From Ignicoccus islandicus DSM 13165 (GTDB taxonomy: Archaea; Thermoproteota; Thermoprotei_A; Sulfolobales; Ignicoccaceae): a stretch of 32,000 nt of DNA. A model generated the notes under the pieces. The model had not been told where the DNA came from and searched no databases. It saw only the letters and a list, made by a program, of their open reading frames with translations. The number at the start of each line of letters is the position of its first letter. Position 1 is the stretch's first letter. The stretch spans positions 570,001-602,000 of the forward strand of contig NZ_CP006867.1 of the NCBI RefSeq assembly GCF_001481685.1. The letters run 5' to 3'. Below are positions 8,215 through 16,512 of the stretch, piece by piece. The translations under genes and the position numbers were made by a program.

Positions 8215-9764
8215 ACGTCAGAGTAGAGGAAAGAGATGGCCTGGCTCGCGCTGGATATGCATATATAAATGGATTTAAAATAGAGATACCTCACTTACTC
8301 GTAGTAGTTGATTCCGATCCATCGAAGCAGCTCGTACCATTAGACATTATCAAGAACTTGGGAATAAAGATTATAATGACTAGCTCTTACATCGCCAAGA
8401 GGAAAATAGGACATGTAAATTTAAAGCAACATTTGGGTTGGGAGTACATTCTCTATACTGATTCAGGAACTTACCAAGCATATAGTCAAGGCGTTAGAGT
8501 AGACCCACTCGAATCCGTTATCTATCAATTAGAATCTAATGTAGACATTGTGACTCCGGTAGATGAGTTTAGTTTACCGACTGATAGTAAGGAAGATGCT
8601 CTCAAAAAGGCCTTGATATCGTTTAATAGATGGCAAGAGGCCCTAGATCTAGCTAGAGGTAAACTGGTAAGCGCACCTATACAAGGTGGATTATATAAAG
8701 AGGTTAGATCGTTAGTAACTAAGAAGTATGCTTCCGAGGGAGCGAAGCTCCTTGCGATAGGGGGGATTGTGCCACTTCTAGTAAACTACGAATTCAATAA
8801 ATTAGCGAATATCGTAATGGCCACAACCGAATATAGACCATGGGGGTCGTTAGTTCATGCATTTGGAGTGGGGCATCCACTCGTCTTTCCTTTCCTAGTA
8901 TCAATGGGTGTGGATTTGTTCGATTCTGCAATGTATTCTCTCGCGGCTAAGGACTTGAGGCTTTTAACTCGTTTTGGAACGTTAAGAGTTGAAGAAGTAT
9001 CTAAATTACGAGATTTTCCCGAAGAATGCGAGATTTGTCCTACGCTCTCGCCTCGAGAACTTCAAGATTTGAATCGAAATGAGTTAGAAAGGTTTATCGC
9101 AACGTACAACTTAAACGTGGCAATTAAGATCGTTAAAGAAATAAGGGAAAGAATACTGTATGGTACTTTTGAGAAATGGGCGTTATCGCTAGCGCACGTT
9201 CACCCAAAGCTGATAGATGGTTACGTAGAGCTTTATCAAGAGTGGAGAGATCATATTGCGCTTAGCAAGAGAGCTTTCAAAAAGACCAAGATTCCTTCTT
9301 ATCCGATCTTCCGCGCCTTTGAGGGACCCACTAATACCAATTTATTAGAGGAATTAAGGTTGAACATATTCGAATCTTATAACAAGGACTTTAAGGTGCC
9401 TCAAGGTAAACTGAAAGTATCTGACATGAAAGTTTCCATTGGTGAGACGATAATAGGAGTCCTCACACCGTCTGGTATTGAACCCTGTCCTTATCTATTG
9501 CACGAATTGGGTATTAGAGTAAAGAGTAAGAACTGCGGACAATATATAAGGAAGAAGGACGTAGTAGAGGTACCATTTCAAACTTCAAGGTCTTGGACTC
9601 CCGTAATACTGGAATGTGGAGACAGATATGCATTGGGGATACTTCAGACCAACTCTAAGGAATTTAGCTTGAGTAGGGACGAAGACGTGGTAATCACTCG
9701 CTCTTCAAGGCTTGTACGGGATCTAAGCGAGCTGCCTTGTACGCCGGATATAAACCAGCAATGA
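8205..9764 (+). CDS. tgtA: tRNA-guanine transglycosylase family protein (archaeosine TGT-like) with atypical zinc site
   Basis: [36 protein letters not shown] (TDSGxxQ catalytic Asp context) and [25 protein letters not shown] (G-DxFDS) match the TGT catalytic domain. The expected CxCxxC...H zinc motif reads E273-x-C275-x-x-C278 ... Y301. Confidence 0.7.
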   Translation: MQVDVRVEERDGLARAGYAYINGFKIEIPHLLVVVDSDPSKQLVPLDIIKNLGIKIIMTSSYIAKRKIGHVNLKQHLGWEYILYTDSGTYQAYSQGVRVDPLESVIYQLESNVDIVTPVDEFSLPTDSKEDALKKALISFNRWQEALDLARGKLVSAPIQGGLYKEVRSLVTKKYASEGAKLLAIGGIVPLLVNYEFNKLANIVMATTEYRPWGSLVHAFGVGHPLVFPFLVSMGVDLFDSAMYSLAAKDLRLLTRFGTLRVEEVSKLRDFPEECEICPTLSPRELQDLNRNELERFIATYNLNVAIKIVKEIRERILYGTFEKWALSLAHVHPKLIDGYVELYQEWRDHIALSKRAFKKTKIPSYPIFRAFEGPTNTNLLEELRLNIFESYNKDFKVPQGKLKVSDMKVSIGETIIGVLTPSGIEPCPYLLHELGIRVKSKNCGQYIRKKDVVEVPFQTSRSWTPVILECGDRYALGILQTNSKEFSLSRDEDVVITRSSRLVRDLSELPCTPDINQQ

Positions 9765-10896
9765 TTGAAACGATCACTGAGAACACCAATGCTTCTATCA
9801 GAAGTTGTGGTGTTACAACAGCGCTTGGTAAGTTAAGACGGAAATATTTAAGCACGTATTGTTGGACACCGAGACCAATGATACTAACGTACTTACTAAC
9901 TAAGCTAGCTAGCACGTATCCTGCAACGATGCCTATCAGGCCACCAATCAAGCCGTAACTAATTGAAAGCATTATGTAATAACCCAATACTTGAAGTGAA
10001 TTGAAACCTACTGCTTTCATCACACCGATTTCGCGTGTTCTTTCGATAACAGTTATCATCATTGTATTTGCTATTCCAAAACCGCTTGCAATAAATGCCA
10101 TTAATGACATCGCTAATAAAAATCTCTCAGCGAAGTTGGCTGCCGACATATACGCTTTTAGTATCGTTATGGGTGCAAAGCTTTGGAACCGCCTACTCTC
10201 TAGGAAATCTTTAAGGGATTGTTGAAGAATTTCTACGTTTTGGGGGTTATCCGCGATTATGTAAATTAAATTGTACTGGTCGAACTTCTTGAGTGTTCTC
10301 TGTAACAAGTGCAAGTTTACGTATATACTTTTATCTGCTTCGAAACCCACCGCTAAAGGCGAAACGCCTACTTTACTTAATACGGCCATAACGGGGCTTA
10401 CAATTTTATTTCCATTGCTTAACTCCATAGTTAACAGAACGTTAGGTATTATTGAGAATTTCATTCCCAGCTCATAACCGCATACTACTGGTCCCTCCAT
10501 ATCTAAATCAATGTAACCCATGTATGGGTTTGAAGACGGGAAGATTAAATTGAACGTATCATTAGTAAGCCCTATAAGCTTTACTATTAAGACTTTGGAA
10601 TTGACCCTAATCCTCGTTGTATCCATTAGAACTGCTTTGACATCAATGACGTGGGGGAAGCTCTTAATTATCATGAGTTGTTGTGTGGAGAGAAAACTGT
10701 CTCCCGAAACAGCAACGATAACATTGGCAGCTAGTCCCTTGAATTGGTTTTCGATGTTATATTTCATGCCTTCGGCTTGAGATACGAACGCGATAAGTGA
10801 CGCTGCCCCTACTGCGACGCTTAAAATTACAAGGAGGGACCTGAGGCCTGTACTTCTAACGTCCTTAATTGTTAATAGAATAAATTCCTTTATCAT
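9694..10896 (-). CDS. MacB/FtsX-type ABC transporter permease (4 TM, large extracytoplasmic domain)
   Basis: N-terminal TM (LRSLLVILSVAVGAASLIAFV), an extracytoplasmic domain of about 230 aa, then the FtsX signature region FLLAMSLMAFIASGFGIANTMMITVIERTREIGVMKAVGF and C-terminus [18 protein letters not shown]. Its start overlaps the stop of the upstream 999-aa gene (TAATG). Confidence 0.85.
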   Translation of the reverse strand: MIKEFILLTIKDVRSTGLRSLLVILSVAVGAASLIAFVSQAEGMKYNIENQFKGLAANVIVAVSGDSFLSTQQLMIIKSFPHVIDVKAVLMDTTRIRVNSKVLIVKLIGLTNDTFNLIFPSSNPYMGYIDLDMEGPVVCGYELGMKFSIIPNVLLTMELSNGNKIVSPVMAVLSKVGVSPLAVGFEADKSIYVNLHLLQRTLKKFDQYNLIYIIADNPQNVEILQQSLKDFLESRRFQSFAPITILKAYMSAANFAERFLLAMSLMAFIASGFGIANTMMITVIERTREIGVMKAVGFNSLQVLGYYIMLSISYGLIGGLIGIVAGYVLASLVSKYVSIIGLGVQQYVLKYFRLNLPSAVVTPQLLIEALVFSVIVSIIAGLYPAYKAARLDPVQALKSE

Positions 10897-13895
10897 TACC
10901 TCTTGACCCTCTTTTTAATTAATTTCGCAATTATTACTCCCAAAACTATTACTAAGGCCATCAGGTATAGGAAATATGCTGAACGTAACGCTTTCCCTAA
11001 CCATGAAACTTTTTCGAGTGCTGGGGTACTTGGCAAAACTATTAGACTTGTCGTCTTTCTATCGGTATATCTGACTCCATTGAAGTAGTATTCGACCTCT
11101 ATCTCTACAGGATATGTACCTGGAGAAGCTACTTCGGGGACTTTAAGAACATAAGAGATAGGTACCGTAGAGGAAGGTTGAAGCGTACCTAGGTTAATAG
11201 AACTACTTCCTATTACCTTTAAACCGTTACTGGTCTTTATTTTTACTATCACATTGTTTGCATTGAAATCACCGTCATTGGATATAGTTAACGTTAGACT
11301 ACAAACCGATCCCACGAATACCTTATCTGGATATTGTTGAATCTCGCCTATCTTTATATGAGGTCCTCGAATTACCTTAACTGGGAAATTATATGTCTCA
11401 GAAACCTCCTCATTTCCGTTGAAGTATTTCACGAGGAAGCCTAAATTATTGTTTCCCGTAGGGGTTCCGTAAGGTATTGAATAAGTAAAGGTTATCACAA
11501 CCCTCTGACCAGGGAGGATTCTTTCCAAGCTAACGTTTTGTGGTATTATTATTATATCATTAGAAAACGGATAAAGGCGTACGTTGGAAGCCTCCTTGGA
11601 GCCTATGTTAACTATGCTTACTCGCAATATTCTTTTATCACCTTCTATGAGGACGTTTGAAAAGGGTGTGAGACTTATCTTAGCTACTTTTTGTGGTGTT
11701 ACTATTACTCTGAGGATACCGTTTTTCGTGAATTTGCTCAACCATTTATCCAAATATTCGATTCTATAAGGGATATCAATGAAGGTTTCCTTTTGAACAT
11801 TAAATGCAATGAATGAAACATCTAAGTGAGTACATTTCTTTGGTTTCAGCTCCGGGATAACAATTATCGTGTTATTAACGAGCTCAACGTCATTGCTTGG
11901 TGATTTAAATTCTATTCTTATTTCCTTCGCTTCTAAGTCGCCTTCATTACATAACTTGAACGAAACTTTCTGCAGAATGTTACTGATTGTTTTCTGTGGT
12001 TGGTACAAGGCCACTATGTAAGGTCCTTGATAGGTCTTCACTTGAAATTCCAAGTTTCTCTTTATGATCTCTTTAGAGCATGGTATTCCTAGGTCGCCTT
12101 TACAGTAACTTAACTCAATATTCACATCAACTGTTGATGCTGTCGGTGGCACATTGAGCACTAATTTAACGTTTTTTCCAGACAATGGCTTTATTACTCC
12201 AAGAGGTACTTCGACCCTCGGAAAGATAACGTTCTTACCATTTACTTTCAGTACCGCATCGTACAAGCTACCAAGTCCGATGTTACTTATATTAATATAG
12301 ACTGTCTGCGTACCTGGTTCCAATAAATATTGCGAGGAGCTTACGTTCACTAAAGGAATGTTTAGGTTTTGGACTACAGGAATGGAAATAGCTATTGTTT
12401 TATTCACTTGAGGTTCCCTCGAATTGATATTGACTCTCATACGATATTCCTTTACGTCCCATGGAACTGGTACATTAGAAATGTCAATACAGTTCTGGGA
12501 ATTGGCATTTATTTCTGAGAGATAGAATTTCTTAGTAAAATAGGCTGAATCTACTGTTATCTTCACATCTCTCAATCTTACCTTATTATAATTCCTAATG
12601 CACATTTTAAGATTATTAAAACTTCCCTCCGTCAAATGCCCCGGCAGGTACGTGATACCGAACTCGTAGTCGATACTATGTACAGCAAAACGTTTGACGA
12701 TCTCTCGATTAAGTAGCTTGAATTTCATTTCCAGATCTTTATTTGGTAATATTGCTGGAACTAGCCAAGTTATCGTATAGGTCTTGTTCGTATCCACGTA
12801 AACCACGTTAGGGTCTACTACGCCTACTGAGGGGATTATTTCAACATATACATTCTTTAAGTTATAGGGTGAATGAAGAGCTACCTCGATTGTATTTCTA
12901 ACCCCTGAGAAAACCGAGGTTCTATTTACTTCTAAATTCAAATCAATATTCTCAATATTATATGTCCCAGTTATGGCTAATGTGTTATTCGACTTTACTT
13001 TTACAGTAATTGTAATTGGTGGTTTAGGATCCATCAAGAGATATTGTATAGTTCTACATTTCCGTAATTCCTCTAATTTTACTAACGAAGGCTCAATAAT
13101 GGAATTCGTAGAGTCAAGTGTTATCGTTACGTTACTTAAAGGAACGAGGTTAGGACATAAGAATATTGTTGAAGGAATGAACTTTAATGATGGTTTAACA
13201 TACTCAAAATCGAGATCTATAATGTCTTTGTAGAATAGTTTTCCTCTTCTGTCGAGTATAGATACGTTCACTAGACAGTTCTCCATTCTATCAACAGTTA
13301 TGTATACGTCTTTGAAGCCGTTGGGATTTATTGTACCTATTTTGATTACTTTACTACTCAGACACTTACCAATAGAGGGCTGTAGTTTTAGTAATAAAAA
13401 CGGTGTTTCAAACGTACTGTTATTAAAGATTCTAATAACTAATCTATCCAACAGCTTAGTAGTCCTTACGGATATGTCATTTAACTTAACGGGAAGCGTA
13501 ATTAAATATTTGCCTACTAATTGGCTAAACCCTCCTTTCGATGGAACCATGGTATATACTACTACTAATACGTTCGCTGTATCATTGAGTGGCACTATCT
13601 CAAAGTTAACGCGTTTACACTCGCTACGCTGAAGGGCACCTAACGATTGTTCTCTAGCACCTAGAATTATGGAATCTGATGAAGTAATTTCCAATGAGGT
13701 ACCTTGAAGTAGTATTGGTGAGACGTTACACACGTTTAAGGTAACATTAGACTTTTGAAGATACCTTAAGTGATCAATGTGTACCATTTCTATGTTTAAG
13801 TAAGGTAGAGGTTGCGCACGCAACCCAATTGAAATTATTAGAAGCACTAAGAGAATTCGGATACGTCCATTTGTTCCCAATTTAAAGGCTTTCAT
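10896..13895 (-). CDS. Large membrane-anchored extracellular multi-beta-sandwich protein (CARDB/COG1361 S-layer-domain-like repeats)
   Basis: 999 aa with an N-terminal signal/TM (RIRILLVLLIISIGLRAQP) and a C-terminal TM plus basic tail (AYFLYLMALVIVLGVIIAKLIKKRVKR). Recurring CARDB-like strands include YINISNIGLGSLYDAVLKV, FKLCNEGDLEAKEIRIEF, LRVSIVNIGSKEASNVRLY and LTLTISNDGDFNANNVIVKI. There are many N-x-S/T sequons. Confidence 0.75.
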   Translation of the reverse strand: MKAFKLGTNGRIRILLVLLIISIGLRAQPLPYLNIEMVHIDHLRYLQKSNVTLNVCNVSPILLQGTSLEITSSDSIILGAREQSLGALQRSECKRVNFEIVPLNDTANVLVVVYTMVPSKGGFSQLVGKYLITLPVKLNDISVRTTKLLDRLVIRIFNNSTFETPFLLLKLQPSIGKCLSSKVIKIGTINPNGFKDVYITVDRMENCLVNVSILDRRGKLFYKDIIDLDFEYVKPSLKFIPSTIFLCPNLVPLSNVTITLDSTNSIIEPSLVKLEELRKCRTIQYLLMDPKPPITITVKVKSNNTLAITGTYNIENIDLNLEVNRTSVFSGVRNTIEVALHSPYNLKNVYVEIIPSVGVVDPNVVYVDTNKTYTITWLVPAILPNKDLEMKFKLLNREIVKRFAVHSIDYEFGITYLPGHLTEGSFNNLKMCIRNYNKVRLRDVKITVDSAYFTKKFYLSEINANSQNCIDISNVPVPWDVKEYRMRVNINSREPQVNKTIAISIPVVQNLNIPLVNVSSSQYLLEPGTQTVYINISNIGLGSLYDAVLKVNGKNVIFPRVEVPLGVIKPLSGKNVKLVLNVPPTASTVDVNIELSYCKGDLGIPCSKEIIKRNLEFQVKTYQGPYIVALYQPQKTISNILQKVSFKLCNEGDLEAKEIRIEFKSPSNDVELVNNTIIVIPELKPKKCTHLDVSFIAFNVQKETFIDIPYRIEYLDKWLSKFTKNGILRVIVTPQKVAKISLTPFSNVLIEGDKRILRVSIVNIGSKEASNVRLYPFSNDIIIIPQNVSLERILPGQRVVITFTYSIPYGTPTGNNNLGFLVKYFNGNEEVSETYNFPVKVIRGPHIKIGEIQQYPDKVFVGSVCSLTLTISNDGDFNANNVIVKIKTSNGLKVIGSSSINLGTLQPSSTVPISYVLKVPEVASPGTYPVEIEVEYYFNGVRYTDRKTTSLIVLPSTPALEKVSWLGKALRSAYFLYLMALVIVLGVIIAKLIKKRVKR

Positions 13896-13928
13896 ATTAC
13901 TGGTGCCACTAGCGTTTCAAACGTTTCG

Positions 13929-13936
13929 AAATATAT
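13929..13936 (-). promoter_or_regulatory. Candidate TATA box for the 999-aa gene
   Basis: The minus strand reads ATATATTT, centred about 37 nt upstream of ATG 13895. This is compatible with an archaeal TATA at about -26 and a short 5' UTR. Confidence 0.3.
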
Positions 13937-14095
13937 GTCTGTCTCTCTTTCGATTAAAAGACGGGGAAGTTAAGGATCGGAGTGAGACTAGGTTCATCAC
14001 TGTTCAGGGGCTGCCCACTTCCTCATATCCTTATCTTAAGGCAAATGTACTGCGTCGAAATAATATTTTAAATCCTTAGCAATTCCGTATTAGAT

Positions 14096-14140
14096 TGCCC
14101 TATAACGCCGTTGTAAATCCAACGGTGTGTGAATAGGGCA
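14096..14140 (+). other. Two-tier hairpin with K-turn-like internal loop (possible L7Ae-binding or regulatory RNA element)
   Basis: Outer 8-bp stem UGCCCUAU/AUAGGGCA and inner 8-bp stem CGCCGUUG/CAACGGUG (one G-U) with a 6-nt loop. The asymmetric internal loop is AA versus UGUGA. Read on the + strand it has K-turn polarity: C-stem, 3-nt bulge UGU, then G-A facing A-A. Local GC is higher than in the surrounding intergenic DNA. Confidence 0.3.
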
Positions 14141-14205
14141 TGTGCGCCGGAACATTATGAATTACCTAATAAGCCATCATTCTTCATCTAACTAGGTTCG
14201 GGAGA

Positions 14206-14940
14206 GTGAGGATTCCTTTATATATAGATCTTAGTGGTAGAAACGTCGTTATAGTAGGCGGAGGAAAAGTGGGGGAAAGGAGAGCATTAAAGTTCCTAGA
14301 GGCGGGTGCAAAGGTAAAAGTTGTAGCAAACGATTTCACAGAGAAGCTTAAAGAGATGGCACAAAGTGGCAAAATAGTCATTGAGAAAAAAGATTTAGAT
14401 AACGATATTGAAGTAATCCGTGCGATAAAGGACGCAGATATAGTTGTAATAGCAACAAATTCAAAGAAGTTAAATGACAAGGTATTTTCAATTGCACAAG
14501 TCCTAGGAAAGTTCATAAACGATGCTACTGATGCACAGAGGAGTCATATACATGTACCATTTGAAGGTTCCGTAGATGGTATAAGGTTCGCTGTAACTAG
14601 TGAAGGAGCTGCTGGAGTAGCTGCCCACATAGCTCTTTATGTAATAGAGGAATGCTTACGCAGAAATAGCTTACTTCATTCAATAAATCAGTTTTCCCGA
14701 TTATTTAAGGAATGGGTTAAAAGAGAAATAAAGGATCCTAAGGTACGTTTTCAAACATACTGGTACGTCATGTTGGATCCAGATGTATTCAACCTAATTA
14801 AATCATCACAGATAGACAAGGCGTTAGAGTTAGCGAAATTGAAAGTACTTAAAGGAGTTCCAGAGAAAGGGTACGAGCCTGATAAGGCGTTTCCTAAGTT
14901 CATTCAACAATGGAAAGACGAGTTACTAGGTTCTTGTTAG
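14206..14940 (+). CDS. Precorrin-2 dehydrogenase / sirohydrochlorin ferrochelatase-like (siroheme synthase N-domain family)
   Basis: The GTG start gives MRIPLYIDLSGRNVVIVGGGKVGERRALKFLEAGAKVKVVA. This is the Rossmann signature of CysG-N/SirC/Met8 proteins. Confidence 0.7.
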   Translation: MRIPLYIDLSGRNVVIVGGGKVGERRALKFLEAGAKVKVVANDFTEKLKEMAQSGKIVIEKKDLDNDIEVIRAIKDADIVVIATNSKKLNDKVFSIAQVLGKFINDATDAQRSHIHVPFEGSVDGIRFAVTSEGAAGVAAHIALYVIEECLRRNSLLHSINQFSRLFKEWVKREIKDPKVRFQTYWYVMLDPDVFNLIKSSQIDKALELAKLKVLKGVPEKGYEPDKAFPKFIQQWKDELLGSC

Positions 14941-16105
14941 TAATTAGATACGGATCGAAGAACCATATATTAATGGAAGACGATGTTACGAGATATAGAG
15001 AAAGTGTTCTGGGACTCCACCAAACTGAGGAGATAGTGCTCCTAAAGACTTTTCCAACAACTATTTCTTGAGTTAAATCAGAATAAATATAGCATGCATT
15101 TTGATTACAAAGCGCTAAGTAATCTCCATAGGGTGTCCATTCCATAATTCTAACGTTTTCGAGATTCTTCTCAAAAACTACATCACCAGTTACTGTATCG
15201 ATAATGTCTATTTTGTCAGTATATGCCACAGCAATCCTATTCCCTAGTGGGGATAATCTAGCCGATAGATGTGGGCCTAGATTAATGGATGTCCTATCTC
15301 CTCTAAGATTATAAGCGTCTAGTCTTTCCGGAAAATCGATGATTAAGTTAAGCGAACCCATGAGGATGCTCCAGCGGATATCTCTTATCTCTTCTTTAAA
15401 GGCGAAATCATGTCGTTTTATCCAGTTTTTCTCTCTCCGAGAATAAATTTTCACTGAGTTGGATTCGGTATGTAACGCCAACAAGTTTGAGTAATTGAAT
15501 ACGGCACATCCAATAACCTTCTCCTGTAATCTGATCTTGCCTCTTATAGTGCTAGGATATTGGACTATTTGAACGTCATTATCTATAGCTCTTACAATAG
15601 TATTTGGAGGATATGCAGCTACATCAATACAGTCTATATTTTTACCTTTTATTAATGAACGTAAGAATCTAACGTCTATTAACTCGAAATTTTTGGATTC
15701 ATCAGAATGTAGAGCAAGGATTCCAGTAAGCTCTTTACTTCTAGTGAAGGTCGTCCTTGCGTCCTTTATTCTGAAGACGTTGTTGTATCCTTTAATGATA
15801 TTTGTATCAAATATTATTGGATAGAAATATTTTTTGATATATGCTGTAAAGTCGATTATAAACGAACTTTTTTGAGATAATGAAAATATTTCAAAGGCGT
15901 TTTCGAAGCTATTTAGTTTAATCTTAACCGGCCCACCTCTGACAGGTATAATATTGATCCTATAGTTCTCCGCATATTCTAACAAGGAATTTATTGCATT
16001 TGGAACCTTTATTTTACCTCTCCTTTCATCACAATTAACATAAACATAGATACTCGTTGTTGAAGCATACCTATCTATATAGGTTACGAATCCTTTGCAC
16101 GTCAA
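14900..16105 (-). CDS. Hypothetical protein, predicted beta-propeller (WD40-like) with N-terminal extra domain
   Basis: 401 aa. After about 110 aa there are roughly seven blade-like segments of alternating beta pattern (ILALHSDESKNFELIDV, CAVFNYSNLLALHTESNSVKIYS, ARLSPLGNRIAVAYTDKIDIIDT, IMEWTPYGDYLALCNQNACYIYS, VWWSPRTLSLYLVTSSSINIWF). No catalytic motif recognised. Confidence 0.55.
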   Translation of the reverse strand: MTCKGFVTYIDRYASTTSIYVYVNCDERRGKIKVPNAINSLLEYAENYRINIIPVRGGPVKIKLNSFENAFEIFSLSQKSSFIIDFTAYIKKYFYPIIFDTNIIKGYNNVFRIKDARTTFTRSKELTGILALHSDESKNFELIDVRFLRSLIKGKNIDCIDVAAYPPNTIVRAIDNDVQIVQYPSTIRGKIRLQEKVIGCAVFNYSNLLALHTESNSVKIYSRREKNWIKRHDFAFKEEIRDIRWSILMGSLNLIIDFPERLDAYNLRGDRTSINLGPHLSARLSPLGNRIAVAYTDKIDIIDTVTGDVVFEKNLENVRIMEWTPYGDYLALCNQNACYIYSDLTQEIVVGKVFRSTISSVWWSPRTLSLYLVTSSSINIWFFDPYLITNKNLVTRLSIVE

Positions 16106-16145
16106 TTTATTTTTATCCCTATGTAATTAATTCCATTAGACAGTT

Positions 16146-16460
16146 TTATTCAAAGATAATTTCATCGTCTCTTAGTTCGTCATTACATAGGTATACTATT
16201 CGGACTCCAGTAATTTCTATGTCAAACTTAGTACTGAAAACTGCCCCAGGAGTAAGATCTATATTTTTTACAAGTTCTTCCTTTCCTCTACGTTTCACTA
16301 CCTTCTTGTCGGGTGTTTCGACAGTATAATTATAATAGACAATTAATCGAAGTATCTTAACCTCGGAGCTTTCCACGTTAGTTACCGAGATTGAATTTGA
16401 CCTTAGCCTAACTTCTAGACACCCAATCTTTTTGCTAATCTCCTTTTCATTACTATTCAA
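16146..16460 (-). CDS. Hypothetical small protein (104 aa)
   Basis: Clean ORF 40 nt upstream of the propeller gene on the same strand, with a beta-rich sequence. No recognisable motif. Confidence 0.45.
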   Translation of the reverse strand: MNSNEKEISKKIGCLEVRLRSNSISVTNVESSEVKILRLIVYYNYTVETPDKKVVKRRGKEELVKNIDLTPGAVFSTKFDIEITGVRIVYLCNDELRDDEIIFE

Positions 16461-16512
16461 TTGTTGTTACCCCATTATCTTACAATGATTGATAAGCTAA
16501 AGTTATTGGTGT

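Noticed and set aside
13994-14000. Perfect C-box GUGAUGA on the minus strand
   Set aside because: Only a CCGA lies 13 nt downstream. No C' or CUGA D box occurs at the required distance, so it is not a complete C/D sRNA.
14096-14140. H/ACA guide RNA interpretation of the two-tier hairpin
   Set aside because: The internal loop (2 + 5 nt) is far too small for a pseudouridylation pocket. No ACA follows the lower stem directly; the nearest ACA is about 13 nt downstream.
13896-14205. SRP (7S) RNA, RNase P RNA or tRNA in the 310-nt gap (also considered for 4556-4896)
   Set aside because: I could not find the conserved SRP helix-8 GGAAGGGAGCA-like segment or the RNase P GAGGAAAGUCC/ACAGAA blocks. 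No cloverleaf with a GTTCRAATC T-loop was visible on either strand.
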